From Patescibacteria group bacterium UBA4473 (GTDB taxonomy: Bacteria; Patescibacteriota; Gracilibacteria; UBA4473), in NCBI GenBank assembly GCA_002389285.1, contig DGOF01000041.1, forward strand, positions 22,194 to 86,193: 64,000 nt of DNA, written 5' to 3'. Position numbers and translations under genes: made by a program. Of this stretch, positions 10,152-19,844 are shown in pieces. Below the pieces are notes generated by a model, which was not told the origin of the DNA, ran no database searches, and saw nothing but the letters and a program-made list of their open reading frames with translations. The stretch's first letter is position 1, and each line of letters begins with the position of its first letter.

Positions 10152-13100
10152 ATGCAAAAAGTCGAACGCCTTTTCGCCCAACTTTTAGAAAAAATAAAGG
10201 TCTATCAGCCTCATTTTAATCCAACGCGATTAGAAGAGGCTTTCGCCTTTGCCAAACAAGCCCATCAAGGCCAAACACGTGGATCAGGAGGTCCCTACAT
10301 AGGCCATCCGCTGGCAGTGGCCAGCATTCTTACGGAGTATCAAGCCGAAGAAGACACTCTCATTGCGGCTATCCTTCATGATACCGTCGAGGACATTGAA
10401 CATATTTCGTACCAAACAATTGAAACAAAGTTTGGCACGGTCATTGCCAAACTCGTAGAAGGCGTTACCAAAATCAGCGCCGGCCAAATCAAAGCCTCTC
10501 TTGTCAAAGAGTCCTCCCTCGACAAACCCCATGACGTCGAAACCATTCGGAAAATTTTTCTCGAATCCGACCGAGATATTCGCGTCATTTTGATCAAACT
10601 CGCCGATCGGCTGCACAATATGAAAACGCTCAGTGGGATTAACGACCTAGTCAAACAACGCGTAAAAGCCGAAGAAACCCTCAACATATTTGTCCCCGTC
10701 GCGATGCGGATCGGCATTTGGAAGATGAAAAATGACCTCGAAAAAGAAGTCCTTCATTACCTCTATCCAGAGCAAGAACAAGAAATCCAAACCTTTCTCC
10801 AAAATATAAAATCGAGTCAAAGCCAACTCATTCATCGCCTCATTCATAAAATAGAACACGCGGATGACAAGCAGAAAATTCAAAAAATTCATATCTACAA
10901 GCGCAGTCTTTTTACACTCAAGAAACTCCTTGATCAAGAAAAAAACCTCCATCCGGGGCGAACGTTTAATCTTTTTATCTGTCTCAAAAACGAAGAAACG
11001 TGTTACGCAACACTAAAACTCATCCATCGTCTTTTTCCAACCCGAACTCTGGAAGAAGACTTCATTTCTAATCCTCGCGAAAATCACTACAAAGCCTATC
11101 ACATCAATATCGTCACCCAAGACGGACATAAAGTACAACTCCGCCTGGGAACCCACGACATGTATCTTCGTAGTATGTACGGTATTACCCATGCCGTTTT
11201 TCAAAAAAAAGAAAGTCACTCCAAGGCCAAGTTCCTGATTCCACTCGAACTCCTCAGTAAAAAAACCAAGCATTCTCCCGAGGAATTTCTCGAGGCGGCC
11301 AAGAGTGATCTCCTTCAAGAAAAAATAGAAATTCACTGTGATAATAAACATTATTTTATTCCCGAAGGCGCCACCGCCCTCGATGCCATTTTTCATATCT
11401 ATGGCGCCAAGGCCCTGCATACCACGGAGATTTTTCTCAATAATAAATCCATTCCGTTTAATCAGGAAATCACACACATTGGTGTTTTAAGAGCCGAATT
11501 CAGTCCTCGTCTCACGGTAGAATTCGACTGGTTTTACAAAATAAACACCGCCAACGCCCGCATCGCCATCCAGGAAGCCCTCCAAAAATGGAACTACGAA
11601 AAGAAAGTTGAAGTGGGCCACCAGATTTTACAAAAAGAATTTGATGCACACGAAAAAGGAAAAATAGAACTTCATTTCAAGAAAAAGAATCTTGATGACT
11701 ATTTTGAAGTTAAAAATATCAATGATCTATCCGCCCTCGTAGGAGAAGGACGCCTTAAGCCGTATGATATTTTTCTCAAATGCTTCCCCGAAACGGAAAA
11801 AAATACACTGCAAAAAATAATCGACCACGTTGATAATTTTTTTGGGAAACTCCTCTTCCGGAGAAAAAAAGAACATATTCGATTTCAGCTCAAAAGTATT
11901 GCAGATAAAAAAATAAATATTTTAACGAGGATTCACAAACTTGCCGAAAAATTTGAAATTCTTATATCGAAAATCACATATCTCAAAAAAACGGAAACTC
12001 AGACCTGTTCGATTCAAATCCATTGCTCTTACGAACAAAAAAAAGACTTTCATAAGTTCCAATCGATGCTGGAACAACAAAGCGGAGTGATCAACGTAAA
12101 ACCATTGATGTCGATAAGAAAAAGAGCCTTCTTTCTTCTTTGGCTCATAACAACAATCACCCTTTGGCTGACCTTTCCTCTTTTATTTCACACGATAAAT
12201 CATCTATTTGAGCTCTCTCTTTATGGATCTTTTTTTGCCTGCCTGATGCCTATTCTCCTGGCAAATTATCTTTTATTCAAATTTACGAAAAATCATTTCC
12301 TACAAATAAGAAATACTACGTGGATATTCTTAGCCAATATCATTGTTAATTTCATAGGTATGGGGGCGCTGATGCTGTATTCCACCTACAAAAACATACC
12401 TTTAAATATCTCTTTTATATTTGTAATATTTGCCTGCTTAAATGCAATGTATCTCTACGAATTTTTAATACAAAAAACACACAATCAACCAAGGATCCCT
12501 CAGGTTAATTCTCCCAAAAAAATATCATTCGGAGCTTTTTCAGGAGCTGCTATTGCTATCATTGTTTTAGGAATCAATCCCATTATCATTCGACATTTAG
12601 TACATGATCTAAATATTCCCGTCTCAACAACTATTATATCTCGATTTTTTCTTGGAGGAGGGATTCTTTGGATTATTCACTTTTTCACTCAAAATAAAAA
12701 TCACCCCAAAACCAAATTCACCTATGACTATCTCTTTGGACTCATGGTCTTGGGAATTCTTGGAAATTTCATTCTCTATCACTGGGGCATGAAATATACC
12801 ACCGCCACCAATGCGAAGCTCATGGAAAATTTCACATCCATCATCGTGCTCCTTTCTGCAGGGCTCTTTATTCCTGATTACATTCGAAGAACCAGGGGAA
12901 GCAGTAAAACCGAATGGATCAAAACTTTTATCATTGTCCTTCTGGGATCAGCCGGGATTTCTTTCATTCTCAATTATTTTCCAAAAGGATCGGTTGAAAA
13001 TTATGAAATAAAATTATTCGGAGATTCAATAGAAATTATAGCCACCTTTTTCTTTGCTATGTTTTTCCTCGCACACAACCTTTATGTAAAACAAAATCGA

Positions 13101-13460
13101 CAAATTTCGAGCATAGAAATTATTGCTAAAATGTTTCTTTGTGCCGGTGCATTAGCCCTGCCCTTTATTCTTTGGGAAGGCGTCGGAACCGCATCTCAAT
13201 ATTCATGGAAAGCTCTTTCTTTACTTGGATTTATTGGTATTTTTTCCAGTGGCTTAACCTATGTTTTATGGAGTTTCGTAGCACGAACCCTCGATGTGGT
13301 AACCACTTCACTTCTCTTTAATTTTGCCGTTATCATAACGATCATTGGAGAACATTTATTTTTCGATCTTTCCCTGAATATTCTTCTTTTAATAGGTGCT
13401 ACTTTAATGATATACACAGCCGTAGCAGCAGATCTCATAAATAAAAAACGTCTCTCCTAA
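10152..13460 (+). CDS. RelA/SpoT homologue (HD hydrolase, degenerate synthetase, TGS, ACT) fused to a polytopic membrane region ending in an EamA/DMT transporter domain
   Basis: HD domain: GGPYIGHPLAVASIL...AAILHDTVED...KLADRLHNM. Synthetase-like region with substituted motifs: FNLFICL, KVQLRLGTHDM. TGS-like: FIPEGATALDAIFHIYG. ACT-like block, then about 14 predicted TM helices from about nt 12120, the last 10 with an EamA signature (GLTYVLWSFVARTLDVVTTSLLFNF). Confidence 0.8.
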   Translation: MQKVERLFAQLLEKIKVYQPHFNPTRLEEAFAFAKQAHQGQTRGSGGPYIGHPLAVASILTEYQAEEDTLIAAILHDTVEDIEHISYQTIETKFGTVIAKLVEGVTKISAGQIKASLVKESSLDKPHDVETIRKIFLESDRDIRVILIKLADRLHNMKTLSGINDLVKQRVKAEETLNIFVPVAMRIGIWKMKNDLEKEVLHYLYPEQEQEIQTFLQNIKSSQSQLIHRLIHKIEHADDKQKIQKIHIYKRSLFTLKKLLDQEKNLHPGRTFNLFICLKNEETCYATLKLIHRLFPTRTLEEDFISNPRENHYKAYHINIVTQDGHKVQLRLGTHDMYLRSMYGITHAVFQKKESHSKAKFLIPLELLSKKTKHSPEEFLEAAKSDLLQEKIEIHCDNKHYFIPEGATALDAIFHIYGAKALHTTEIFLNNKSIPFNQEITHIGVLRAEFSPRLTVEFDWFYKINTANARIAIQEALQKWNYEKKVEVGHQILQKEFDAHEKGKIELHFKKKNLDDYFEVKNINDLSALVGEGRLKPYDIFLKCFPETEKNTLQKIIDHVDNFFGKLLFRRKKEHIRFQLKSIADKKINILTRIHKLAEKFEILISKITYLKKTETQTCSIQIHCSYEQKKDFHKFQSMLEQQSGVINVKPLMSIRKRAFFLLWLITTITLWLTFPLLFHTINHLFELSLYGSFFACLMPILLANYLLFKFTKNHFLQIRNTTWIFLANIIVNFIGMGALMLYSTYKNIPLNISFIFVIFACLNAMYLYEFLIQKTHNQPRIPQVNSPKKISFGAFSGAAIAIIVLGINPIIIRHLVHDLNIPVSTTIISRFFLGGGILWIIHFFTQNKNHPKTKFTYDYLFGLMVLGILGNFILYHWGMKYTTATNAKLMENFTSIIVLLSAGLFIPDYIRRTRGSSKTEWIKTFIIVLLGSAGISFILNYFPKGSVENYEIKLFGDSIEIIATFFFAMFFLAHNLYVKQNRQISSIEIIAKMFLCAGALALPFILWEGVGTASQYSWKALSLLGFIGIFSSGLTYVLWSFVARTLDVVTTSLLFNFAVIITIIGEHLFFDLSLNILLLIGATLMIYTAVAADLINKKRLS

Positions 13461-13597
13461 GACATTTCTTGCTACAAATTATGGCTCTGATTACAATGAA
13501 CTCACATATTTTCTAACCTCAAAAACATGATCCTCTCTCTCGACGGATGTGGCTGCGGCAGCGATGATAGCTGCGACACAGAAGAATAATTAAAAAA

Positions 13598-13620
13598 GGC
13601 GATTCATTCGCCTTTTTTTT
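13598..13620. terminator. Bidirectional intrinsic terminator between the RSH fusion gene and alaS
   Basis: AAAAAA-GGCGA-ttcat-TCGCC-TTTTTTTT. The A-tract on one side and T-tract on the other serve both convergent genes. Confidence 0.6.
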
Positions 13621-15400
13621 AACCTACAATCGCTTTGATCCGGCGAACCCCTCTTCCACAACTCTCTTGTTTTTTAATCTTAAAACTTCCTAATTGTCCA
13701 AGATGCTCTACATGCGGTCCCCCGCATATTTCTTTTGAGTGCGTTCCCATCGTATAGACTTTGACGGTGTCACCATATTTATGCTCAAAAAATCCCAAAG
13801 CACCAGAATGCTTCGCTTCTTCCACACTCATCTCTTGTAAACTTACCTCTGCATTGGAAGCAATCGCTTCGTTTACATAATCCTCTACGAATTGTAATTG
13901 CTCTGGCGTGAGTTTTTCTTCATGCGAAAAATCAAACCGCAGACGATCGGCTGTAATATTCGAGCCCTTCTGCTGTACATGATCCCCCAAAATTTTACGC
14001 AATGCTGCATGCATCAGGTGAGTCGCCGTATGAAGCTTCACCGTTTCGTCTGATCGATCGGCAAGTCCTCCTGAGAACTTCTCTTCCGCTCCCGATCGGG
14101 AAAGCGCCTGATGGGCTTTATAGGCTTTGTGAAAACCATCTTCATCTACTTCCATATTTTTTTCAGCAGCGAGTTCCACCGTCATCTCAATCGGAAAACC
14201 ATAGGTTTCATAGAGATAAAAGGCTTTATCCCCCGGCATTTTTCCTTCTAATTTTTCAGAAAGTTTTTTAAATTCACGCTCTCCAGACTCAAGCGTCTTT
14301 CGAAACTGAGTTTCTTCGCGCGCCAATTCTTCCAAAATAAAATCCTGCTTTTCTTGGATATTTTTATAAGCCGAACTTAATTTATCAAAACAAGGCGCCG
14401 CTATCTGTATGCACAGATCCTGATCAATCCCTAATTTCCGTCCATGCCGAATCGCTCGACGAATAATACGCCGCAAAATATATCCCTGATCGACATTCGA
14501 CGGTGTCACACCGTCAGAAAGCAATACCACTGATGTTCGCACATGATCCGCGATAACCCGTGAAGAATGATGGACATCCGACTCGGCAATAGGATCCTCT
14601 GCTATTTCTGGATGACCGGACAAATCTGCAATCTTCTGCAAGATATCAGTAAATGCATCCGTCTGATAAACAGACTTTAAGCCATTGATGACCGCGACGG
14701 TCCGTTCGAGGCCCATGCCCGTGTCTATGTTTTTACTCGGTAAGGGCGTCAAAACGCCACTCGCATCTTTATTAAACTGCATAAACACATCATTCCAAAT
14801 CTCCACCCAACGCTCATCCTCCCAAGATTCCTGGAAGCTTTCGGGAGCCGGTTCTTCCCCCGTCCAGTAAAACATTTCTGTATCCGGACCACACGGACCG
14901 GTATCGCCTTTAGCCCACCAGTTTTCAGAGGCCGGAAGAAACGCTATCCGTGACTTGGGCATGCCCACTTCCTGCCAACGATCAGCAGAATACTCATCGC
15001 GAGGCGCATTTTCATCCCCTTCAAAAACAGAGACCGCAAGCTTTTCAAGCGGCAGTTCTAAAACCTTTACGAGAAACTCAAACGACCATTCGATCTGCTC
15101 TTGTTTAAAATAATCTCCCAACGACCAATTTCCCAACATCTCAAAAAACGTCAGATGCGTCGCATCCCCTACTTCATCAATATCAATCGTCCGAATACAT
15201 TTCTGCACGTCTGCCAGACGATTTCCCTGCGGATGAGGTTCTCCCATGAGATACGGCACCAGTGGGTGCATCCCTGAATTATGGAAAAGCGCCGTCGGAT
15301 CATTATCCGGCAAAACCCCCGCACTGGGGATAATCACATGATTTTTAGATTCCCAAAAATCAAACCACTTTTTTCGAAGATCGTCTGTTGTATATTGCAT
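13619..15400 (-). CDS. alaS: Alanine--tRNA ligase, short form (catalytic plus editing domains, no C-Ala domain)
   Basis: Class II AlaRS N-terminus: FHNSGMHPLVPYL, KCIRT, FFEMLGNWS. Editing-domain motifs HTATHLMHAAL and CGGPHV. Ends at GVRRIKAIVG after 593 aa. Confidence 0.9.
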   Translation of the reverse strand: MQYTTDDLRKKWFDFWESKNHVIIPSAGVLPDNDPTALFHNSGMHPLVPYLMGEPHPQGNRLADVQKCIRTIDIDEVGDATHLTFFEMLGNWSLGDYFKQEQIEWSFEFLVKVLELPLEKLAVSVFEGDENAPRDEYSADRWQEVGMPKSRIAFLPASENWWAKGDTGPCGPDTEMFYWTGEEPAPESFQESWEDERWVEIWNDVFMQFNKDASGVLTPLPSKNIDTGMGLERTVAVINGLKSVYQTDAFTDILQKIADLSGHPEIAEDPIAESDVHHSSRVIADHVRTSVVLLSDGVTPSNVDQGYILRRIIRRAIRHGRKLGIDQDLCIQIAAPCFDKLSSAYKNIQEKQDFILEELAREETQFRKTLESGEREFKKLSEKLEGKMPGDKAFYLYETYGFPIEMTVELAAEKNMEVDEDGFHKAYKAHQALSRSGAEEKFSGGLADRSDETVKLHTATHLMHAALRKILGDHVQQKGSNITADRLRFDFSHEEKLTPEQLQFVEDYVNEAIASNAEVSLQEMSVEEAKHSGALGFFEHKYGDTVKVYTMGTHSKEICGGPHVEHLGQLGSFKIKKQESCGRGVRRIKAIVG

Positions 15401-15424
15401 TATCTTATGAGATCAGGCTTTCTA

Positions 15425-15874
15425 CTATTTATAAAAAACACGAACCGATCGCTGCGCACCCTCTCCCACCGAATCCGTAGACAAATCGTTAAAGTTATTG
15501 GCCACCCAAACGTGAACCAATCGACGAGTATAGGGGCTCATCGGGTGAAGCTTGATTTCTGATAAATTCTGTTCCCGCATCAGATCAATGATTTTTTGAG
15601 CTTTTTCATAAACACGATCTTCCTGTTGCCCACGATAATTATCCACATCCACCGTAACAAATATTTTTTCCTCCTGTTGTTGCCACAAAATAACCTTCAA
15701 AATCGTCTGAATCGCACTGAGAAGCGATCCATTTTTTCCGATCAAATGAGAGGGTTCCGGCGTTTCCACACTGGCTCGGTAATGACCATTCTCTTCGGCA
15801 ATCATGACGCAGTCATATTCTGCGCCGAATTTATCAAGCAAAAGCTTGAGGGCTTTTTGTATAATCGTTTCCAT
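15425..15874 (-). CDS. jag: Jag/KhpB-like RNA-binding protein (KH plus R3H domains)
   Basis: KH-like LIGKNGSLLSAIQ and R3H-like LHPMSPYTRRLVHVWV...SVGEGAQRSV. Confidence 0.7.
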   Translation of the reverse strand: METIIQKALKLLLDKFGAEYDCVMIAEENGHYRASVETPEPSHLIGKNGSLLSAIQTILKVILWQQQEEKIFVTVDVDNYRGQQEDRVYEKAQKIIDLMREQNLSEIKLHPMSPYTRRLVHVWVANNFNDLSTDSVGEGAQRSVRVFYK

Positions 15875-15967
15875 GGCAAAAAGGGGAAAGAAGTTCTCTC
15901 ACAGATTAATCATTTGCAAAAAAAGGTCAACGCCATTACACTTAAAAATGTTCTTAATCTTTTCCTC

Positions 15968-16726
15968 ATGATGGAACTTATCACCGCCTTCCCCATTCTT
16001 GTCTTCCTTATCATTGTGCTCGTAGTTATTATTCGGCAGGTCAATGAATACCAGCGAGGCGTGACCTTCACGTTTGGAAAATATACCTCCACCAAAATGC
16101 CCGGATGGCGCATTGTCCTTCCGATCTTTCAGTCAATGACAAAAATCGACATGCGTACCAAAGCCGTCGATGTCCCCGACCAGGAAGCCATAACCAAGGA
16201 CAATATTCCGGTCAAAATTAATGCAGTCATTTATTACCGTGTTACCAACGCCGAAAATGCAATCCTTAAAGTAGAAAGCTTCTTTTGGGCCATGAGCCAA
16301 ATGGCACAGACCACGATGAGAAACGCCGTGGGAGAAGTGACGCTCGATGAACTTTTGCAAAACCGCGATGATATTTCAAACCGTATTCAGATTGTCATCG
16401 ACAAAGCGTCTGATCCTTGGGGAATCACTGTCGAATCAGTGGAACTCAAAGACGTCATTATCCCAGAAAATCTCAAACGAACCATCTCCAAAGAAGCCGA
16501 AGCCGAACGAGAAAAACGAGCCGTCATCATCAAAGCCGAAGGAGATCGAATCTCTGCCGATAATCTCGCTGCAGCCGCCAAGATACTCGACCAAACCCCC
16601 GGCGCCATGCACCTACGAACGCTTCAAACCGTCAACGACCTCAGTTCCGATCAGTCCAACACGACGGTCTGGATGCTCCCGATGGAAATGCTCGCGGCGC
16701 TCAAAGGGTTTGAAAAGAAAAACTAG
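15968..16726 (+). CDS. SPFH/band-7 (stomatin/prohibitin-like) membrane protein
   Basis: The ATG at 15968 gives an N-terminal TM and then VNEYQRGVTFTFGKY. The SPFH core and EAEREKRAVIIKAEG coiled coil follow. The longer ORF-track start would overlap jag. Confidence 0.85.
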   Translation: MMELITAFPILVFLIIVLVVIIRQVNEYQRGVTFTFGKYTSTKMPGWRIVLPIFQSMTKIDMRTKAVDVPDQEAITKDNIPVKINAVIYYRVTNAENAILKVESFFWAMSQMAQTTMRNAVGEVTLDELLQNRDDISNRIQIVIDKASDPWGITVESVELKDVIIPENLKRTISKEAEAEREKRAVIIKAEGDRISADNLAAAAKILDQTPGAMHLRTLQTVNDLSSDQSNTTVWMLPMEMLAALKGFEKKN

Positions 16727-17187
16727 AGACTCCAAATCGACTGAATCTTTCTCTTTTTTTCATACGGACGTTGGACCCGTGTCAGATTAAGCTCAATTTC
16801 GGAAGATCCTTCAGTATTGAATTCTAAAGTTCCCGTGAAGAAAATAAAACGCTCTAAAATCCCTTGCCCAGAGCGAATATCGACAATTTCTTCACGCTCA
16901 ACCTCAATCACTTTTCGAAAAAGAAACCCGGTCTTCCGATAGATTCTATTTTCGGTAATAAAATAATGCGTAAAAAGAAAATTCAGCGTAAAGCGTAGCA
17001 CCGTCAGACTTCCAGCAATCGCAATCGGAACCCAAAAGAAAGCATTATCTTTAAAAAACCAACCCAACCACCCAAAAAGCGCCCCACAAACCACCACCTG
17101 CCACACATAAAACACCGGCCCAATCCCAAACCTGAAGAGTATTTTTTCCCCGGGGTGAATGAATTTGGTGAGGTTTTCGAGAGTCAT
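16723..17187 (-). CDS. Membrane protein with bacterial PH (YdbS/YdbT-like) domain
   Basis: Two N-terminal TM helices, then ITENRIYRKTGFLFRKVIEVEREEIVDI...GTLEF, typical of bPH_2 proteins. Confidence 0.5.
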   Translation of the reverse strand: MTLENLTKFIHPGEKILFRFGIGPVFYVWQVVVCGALFGWLGWFFKDNAFFWVPIAIAGSLTVLRFTLNFLFTHYFITENRIYRKTGFLFRKVIEVEREEIVDIRSGQGILERFIFFTGTLEFNTEGSSEIELNLTRVQRPYEKKRKIQSIWSL

Positions 17188-17202
17188 AGCGCTATTATAA
17201 CA

Positions 17203-18960
17203 CTACTCCTCAATAACTCGAATATTCTGCTCTGCCACTTCCTTTTCTGGCATAGCCGAAGGGGATCCGAGCATTAAGTCCTGAGCAGACTGATTTTTCG
17301 GAAAAGCAATGACTTCACGGATATTCGGCTCATCGGCGAAGAGCATGACCACACGGTCCAGTCCCATCGCACAGCCCCCATGCGGCGGACATCCGTAGGA
17401 AAAAGCCTTGAGCATGTGTCCAAATTTTTTCTGAATCTCTTCTTCGTTTAATCCCAATCCTTGAAAGATCTTATGCTGCAGTTTTTGATCGTGGATTCGG
17501 ATCGATCCGCCGCCTAATTCCACCCCGTTCATGACCACATCATAGGCATAGGCTCGTACGGCCATAGGATCGGTATCCAAGAGAGGAATGTCTTCTACTT
17601 TCGGATGGGTAAATGGATGATGCGCCGCCTGCACAGAGCCATCTTCTTTAGCCTCATACATCGGGAAATCATACACCCACAGATAACAAAATTCTTTCTG
17701 GTTTTTTAATTCAAATTTATCTCCCAAGGCACTTCGTACCGCGCCCAAAGGTTCTACTGCCGTCAGAAAATCTCCGGCGCCAAAGAAAATCAAATCGCCG
17801 TCTTCAGAACTTGTTTTAGTTTTCAAAGCTTCAAGAAATTCAGGTGTTGAGTTTTTGGCTACCGGACCGGATTCATCCCCCACACGGTACCAAGCAAGAC
17901 CGCCCGCTCCGTTCTCACGTGCCAAATCCGTTAACGCATCAATATCTTTTCGAGAAAGTTCGCCGTGAGCTTTCGGAGCCGGCAAAGCAAAGACACGATC
18001 TGATTTTTCAAAAATACCAAATCCAGAAGTTTTCGCTTCTTCTGATACATCTACAAATTCAAGATCAAATCGAAGATCTGGTTTATCCGAACCATATTTT
18101 TCCATGGCTTCCTGCCAAGTGATACGTTTAAATTTTTCGTCGACCAAGAATTTTTTCCACTCGCGGTCTTGTCCCAATTTTTCCATTAATTCATGAAAAC
18201 ACATCTCAACGTTATCCATCACATCGTCTTGTTCGACAAAACTCATCTCCACTTCAAACTGCGTAAACTCAGGCTGACGATCCCCCCGCAAATCTTCATC
18301 ACGGAAGCATCGCGGCACCTGAAAGTATTTATCAATGCCTCCGACCATAAGCAACTGTTTAAGCTGTTGTGGCGACTGCGGCAACACGTAAAAACTTCCC
18401 GCATGCAGTCGACTGGGCACCAGATATTCACGGGATCCTTCCGGCGTACCTTTCACTAAGATGGGTGTTTCAATATCCCAAAAGTCTCGTCCATCAAAGT
18501 AATCACGAACAATTTTAACAATATTATGTCGCAGCTGGAGATTTTTCTGCATGCGTTCGCGTCGCAGATCAAGATACCGATACTCTAATCGCAAGTCTTC
18601 ACGCACATCATCTTTATCCAGTTCAAACGGCGGCGTCTGCGCTTCGCTCAAAACTTTAATCTCATCGACAAAAAGTTCGATTTCGCCGGTATCCATTTTA
18701 TCATTCGTCATACCTTCTCGTCGCGCTTGAACTTTTCCCGTGACAGAAATTACCCATTCTGGACGAATCTTTTCACCGCCTCCATGAGCAGACTCTGAAA
18801 CTTCTGGATCAAACACAATCTGTGTCAGCCCGTACCGATCTCGCAGATCCACAAAAATAATCCCTCCATGATCGCGTCGGGTATCCACCCAACCAGAAAG
18901 AGTTACCGTTTGATCAATATCTTTTGCTGTAAGTTGGCCACAAGTGTGAGTTCGAAACAT
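17203..18960 (-). CDS. aspS: Aspartate--tRNA ligase
   Basis: OB-fold N-terminus (GWVDTRRDHGGIIFVDLRD); class II motifs FRDEDLRGDRQPEFTQFEVEMSF and GGGSIRIH; PPHGGCAMGLDR. Confidence 0.95.
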   Translation of the reverse strand: MFRTHTCGQLTAKDIDQTVTLSGWVDTRRDHGGIIFVDLRDRYGLTQIVFDPEVSESAHGGGEKIRPEWVISVTGKVQARREGMTNDKMDTGEIELFVDEIKVLSEAQTPPFELDKDDVREDLRLEYRYLDLRRERMQKNLQLRHNIVKIVRDYFDGRDFWDIETPILVKGTPEGSREYLVPSRLHAGSFYVLPQSPQQLKQLLMVGGIDKYFQVPRCFRDEDLRGDRQPEFTQFEVEMSFVEQDDVMDNVEMCFHELMEKLGQDREWKKFLVDEKFKRITWQEAMEKYGSDKPDLRFDLEFVDVSEEAKTSGFGIFEKSDRVFALPAPKAHGELSRKDIDALTDLARENGAGGLAWYRVGDESGPVAKNSTPEFLEALKTKTSSEDGDLIFFGAGDFLTAVEPLGAVRSALGDKFELKNQKEFCYLWVYDFPMYEAKEDGSVQAAHHPFTHPKVEDIPLLDTDPMAVRAYAYDVVMNGVELGGGSIRIHDQKLQHKIFQGLGLNEEEIQKKFGHMLKAFSYGCPPHGGCAMGLDRVVMLFADEPNIREVIAFPKNQSAQDLMLGSPSAMPEKEVAEQNIRVIEE

Positions 18961-19015
18961 AAGAAAAAGGCTGAATAAGCCTAGGCATTATTCTTATTTA
19001 AGCCGAAAAATCAAA

Positions 19016-19747
19016 CTACCGCGCAGCTTTTTCTATTTCATGATCAATTTTTCGATCATTTTCAGAGAATCCCAAAAGCAAAAACGCCAGAACAGAACCA
19101 AAGATCAAACTCAAAAGATTAAATCCAAAAAGAATACTGTAGGTTCCCAAAAGATCATAATGACCTGCTCCCAAGAGCAATCCCAAGAAGCTCAAGAACG
19201 GAATCAAACTCACGGCAATCGCAATTCCTACCAAGTTCAAACTACTTAAAGGCCGAAGCCAAGAATAAATCGCCGCAAATCCACTAATAAAAGCCGCTAC
19301 CAAAAAGAAGAAAAACGCATCAGGCGAAGCGAATTTTTCCGGGAAAAAAGTCAGATCGACGGTCTTGTCCCAGAGTAAAAGCATTTTGGAAAAAAAGGCC
19401 GTCGTAACCACAACTCCCAAAATGCCTCCTGCTAAACTTTTAATCGCATAGGTGATAAGCTTAGAGTGCATCAACAATAATCCGGCCGAAAGGGCCAAAA
19501 CAGGATTGAGCAAAGGCGCCAAAACCATCGCCCCGATCAAGACCGCAATATCTTGAATCAACAGACCGACCGCCGCCATGAGTCCGGAAAGAAGCGACAT
19601 AACAAAGAATCGAACTTCGAGCCGAGAGCCCTGAATAAGCTGTTCCACCGCTTGGCTCGCTTCATCCGTTTTCCGCAGTGTTCCCAGATAATCTTTCATC
19701 CAGGATTCTGCTCGATGCACAGGCGCTAAAACAATATTCACATTCAT
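19016..19747 (-). CDS. Polytopic membrane protein, DUF389-like
   Basis: Six or more hydrophobic helices. IGAMVLAPLLNPVLA resembles the DUF389 signature. Start chosen at the ATG at 19747. Confidence 0.45.
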   Translation of the reverse strand: MNVNIVLAPVHRAESWMKDYLGTLRKTDEASQAVEQLIQGSRLEVRFFVMSLLSGLMAAVGLLIQDIAVLIGAMVLAPLLNPVLALSAGLLLMHSKLITYAIKSLAGGILGVVVTTAFFSKMLLLWDKTVDLTFFPEKFASPDAFFFFLVAAFISGFAAIYSWLRPLSSLNLVGIAIAVSLIPFLSFLGLLLGAGHYDLLGTYSILFGFNLLSLIFGSVLAFLLLGFSENDRKIDHEIEKAAR

Positions 19748-19844
19748 CTCCTCATTATAGCATAAATAAGCGACAAATGACAAGAATGAAATTGACTTAT
19801 TCCCTTGGTTTTTTATCGTAAAGGATAGTAATTATAAATTATAT

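Noticed and set aside
15596-15967. Long N-terminal extension of the SPFH gene given in the ORF track
   Set aside because: It would overlap the jag gene on the opposite strand by about 280 nt and encodes low-complexity text. The ATG at 15968 gives the expected TM plus SPFH start.
16723-16726. Shared palindromic CTAG stop codons of the convergent SPFH and PH-domain genes, and the 0-nt kinase/VanW junction at 52823/52824
   Set aside because: These are consistent with general genome compaction and carry no specific functional signal.
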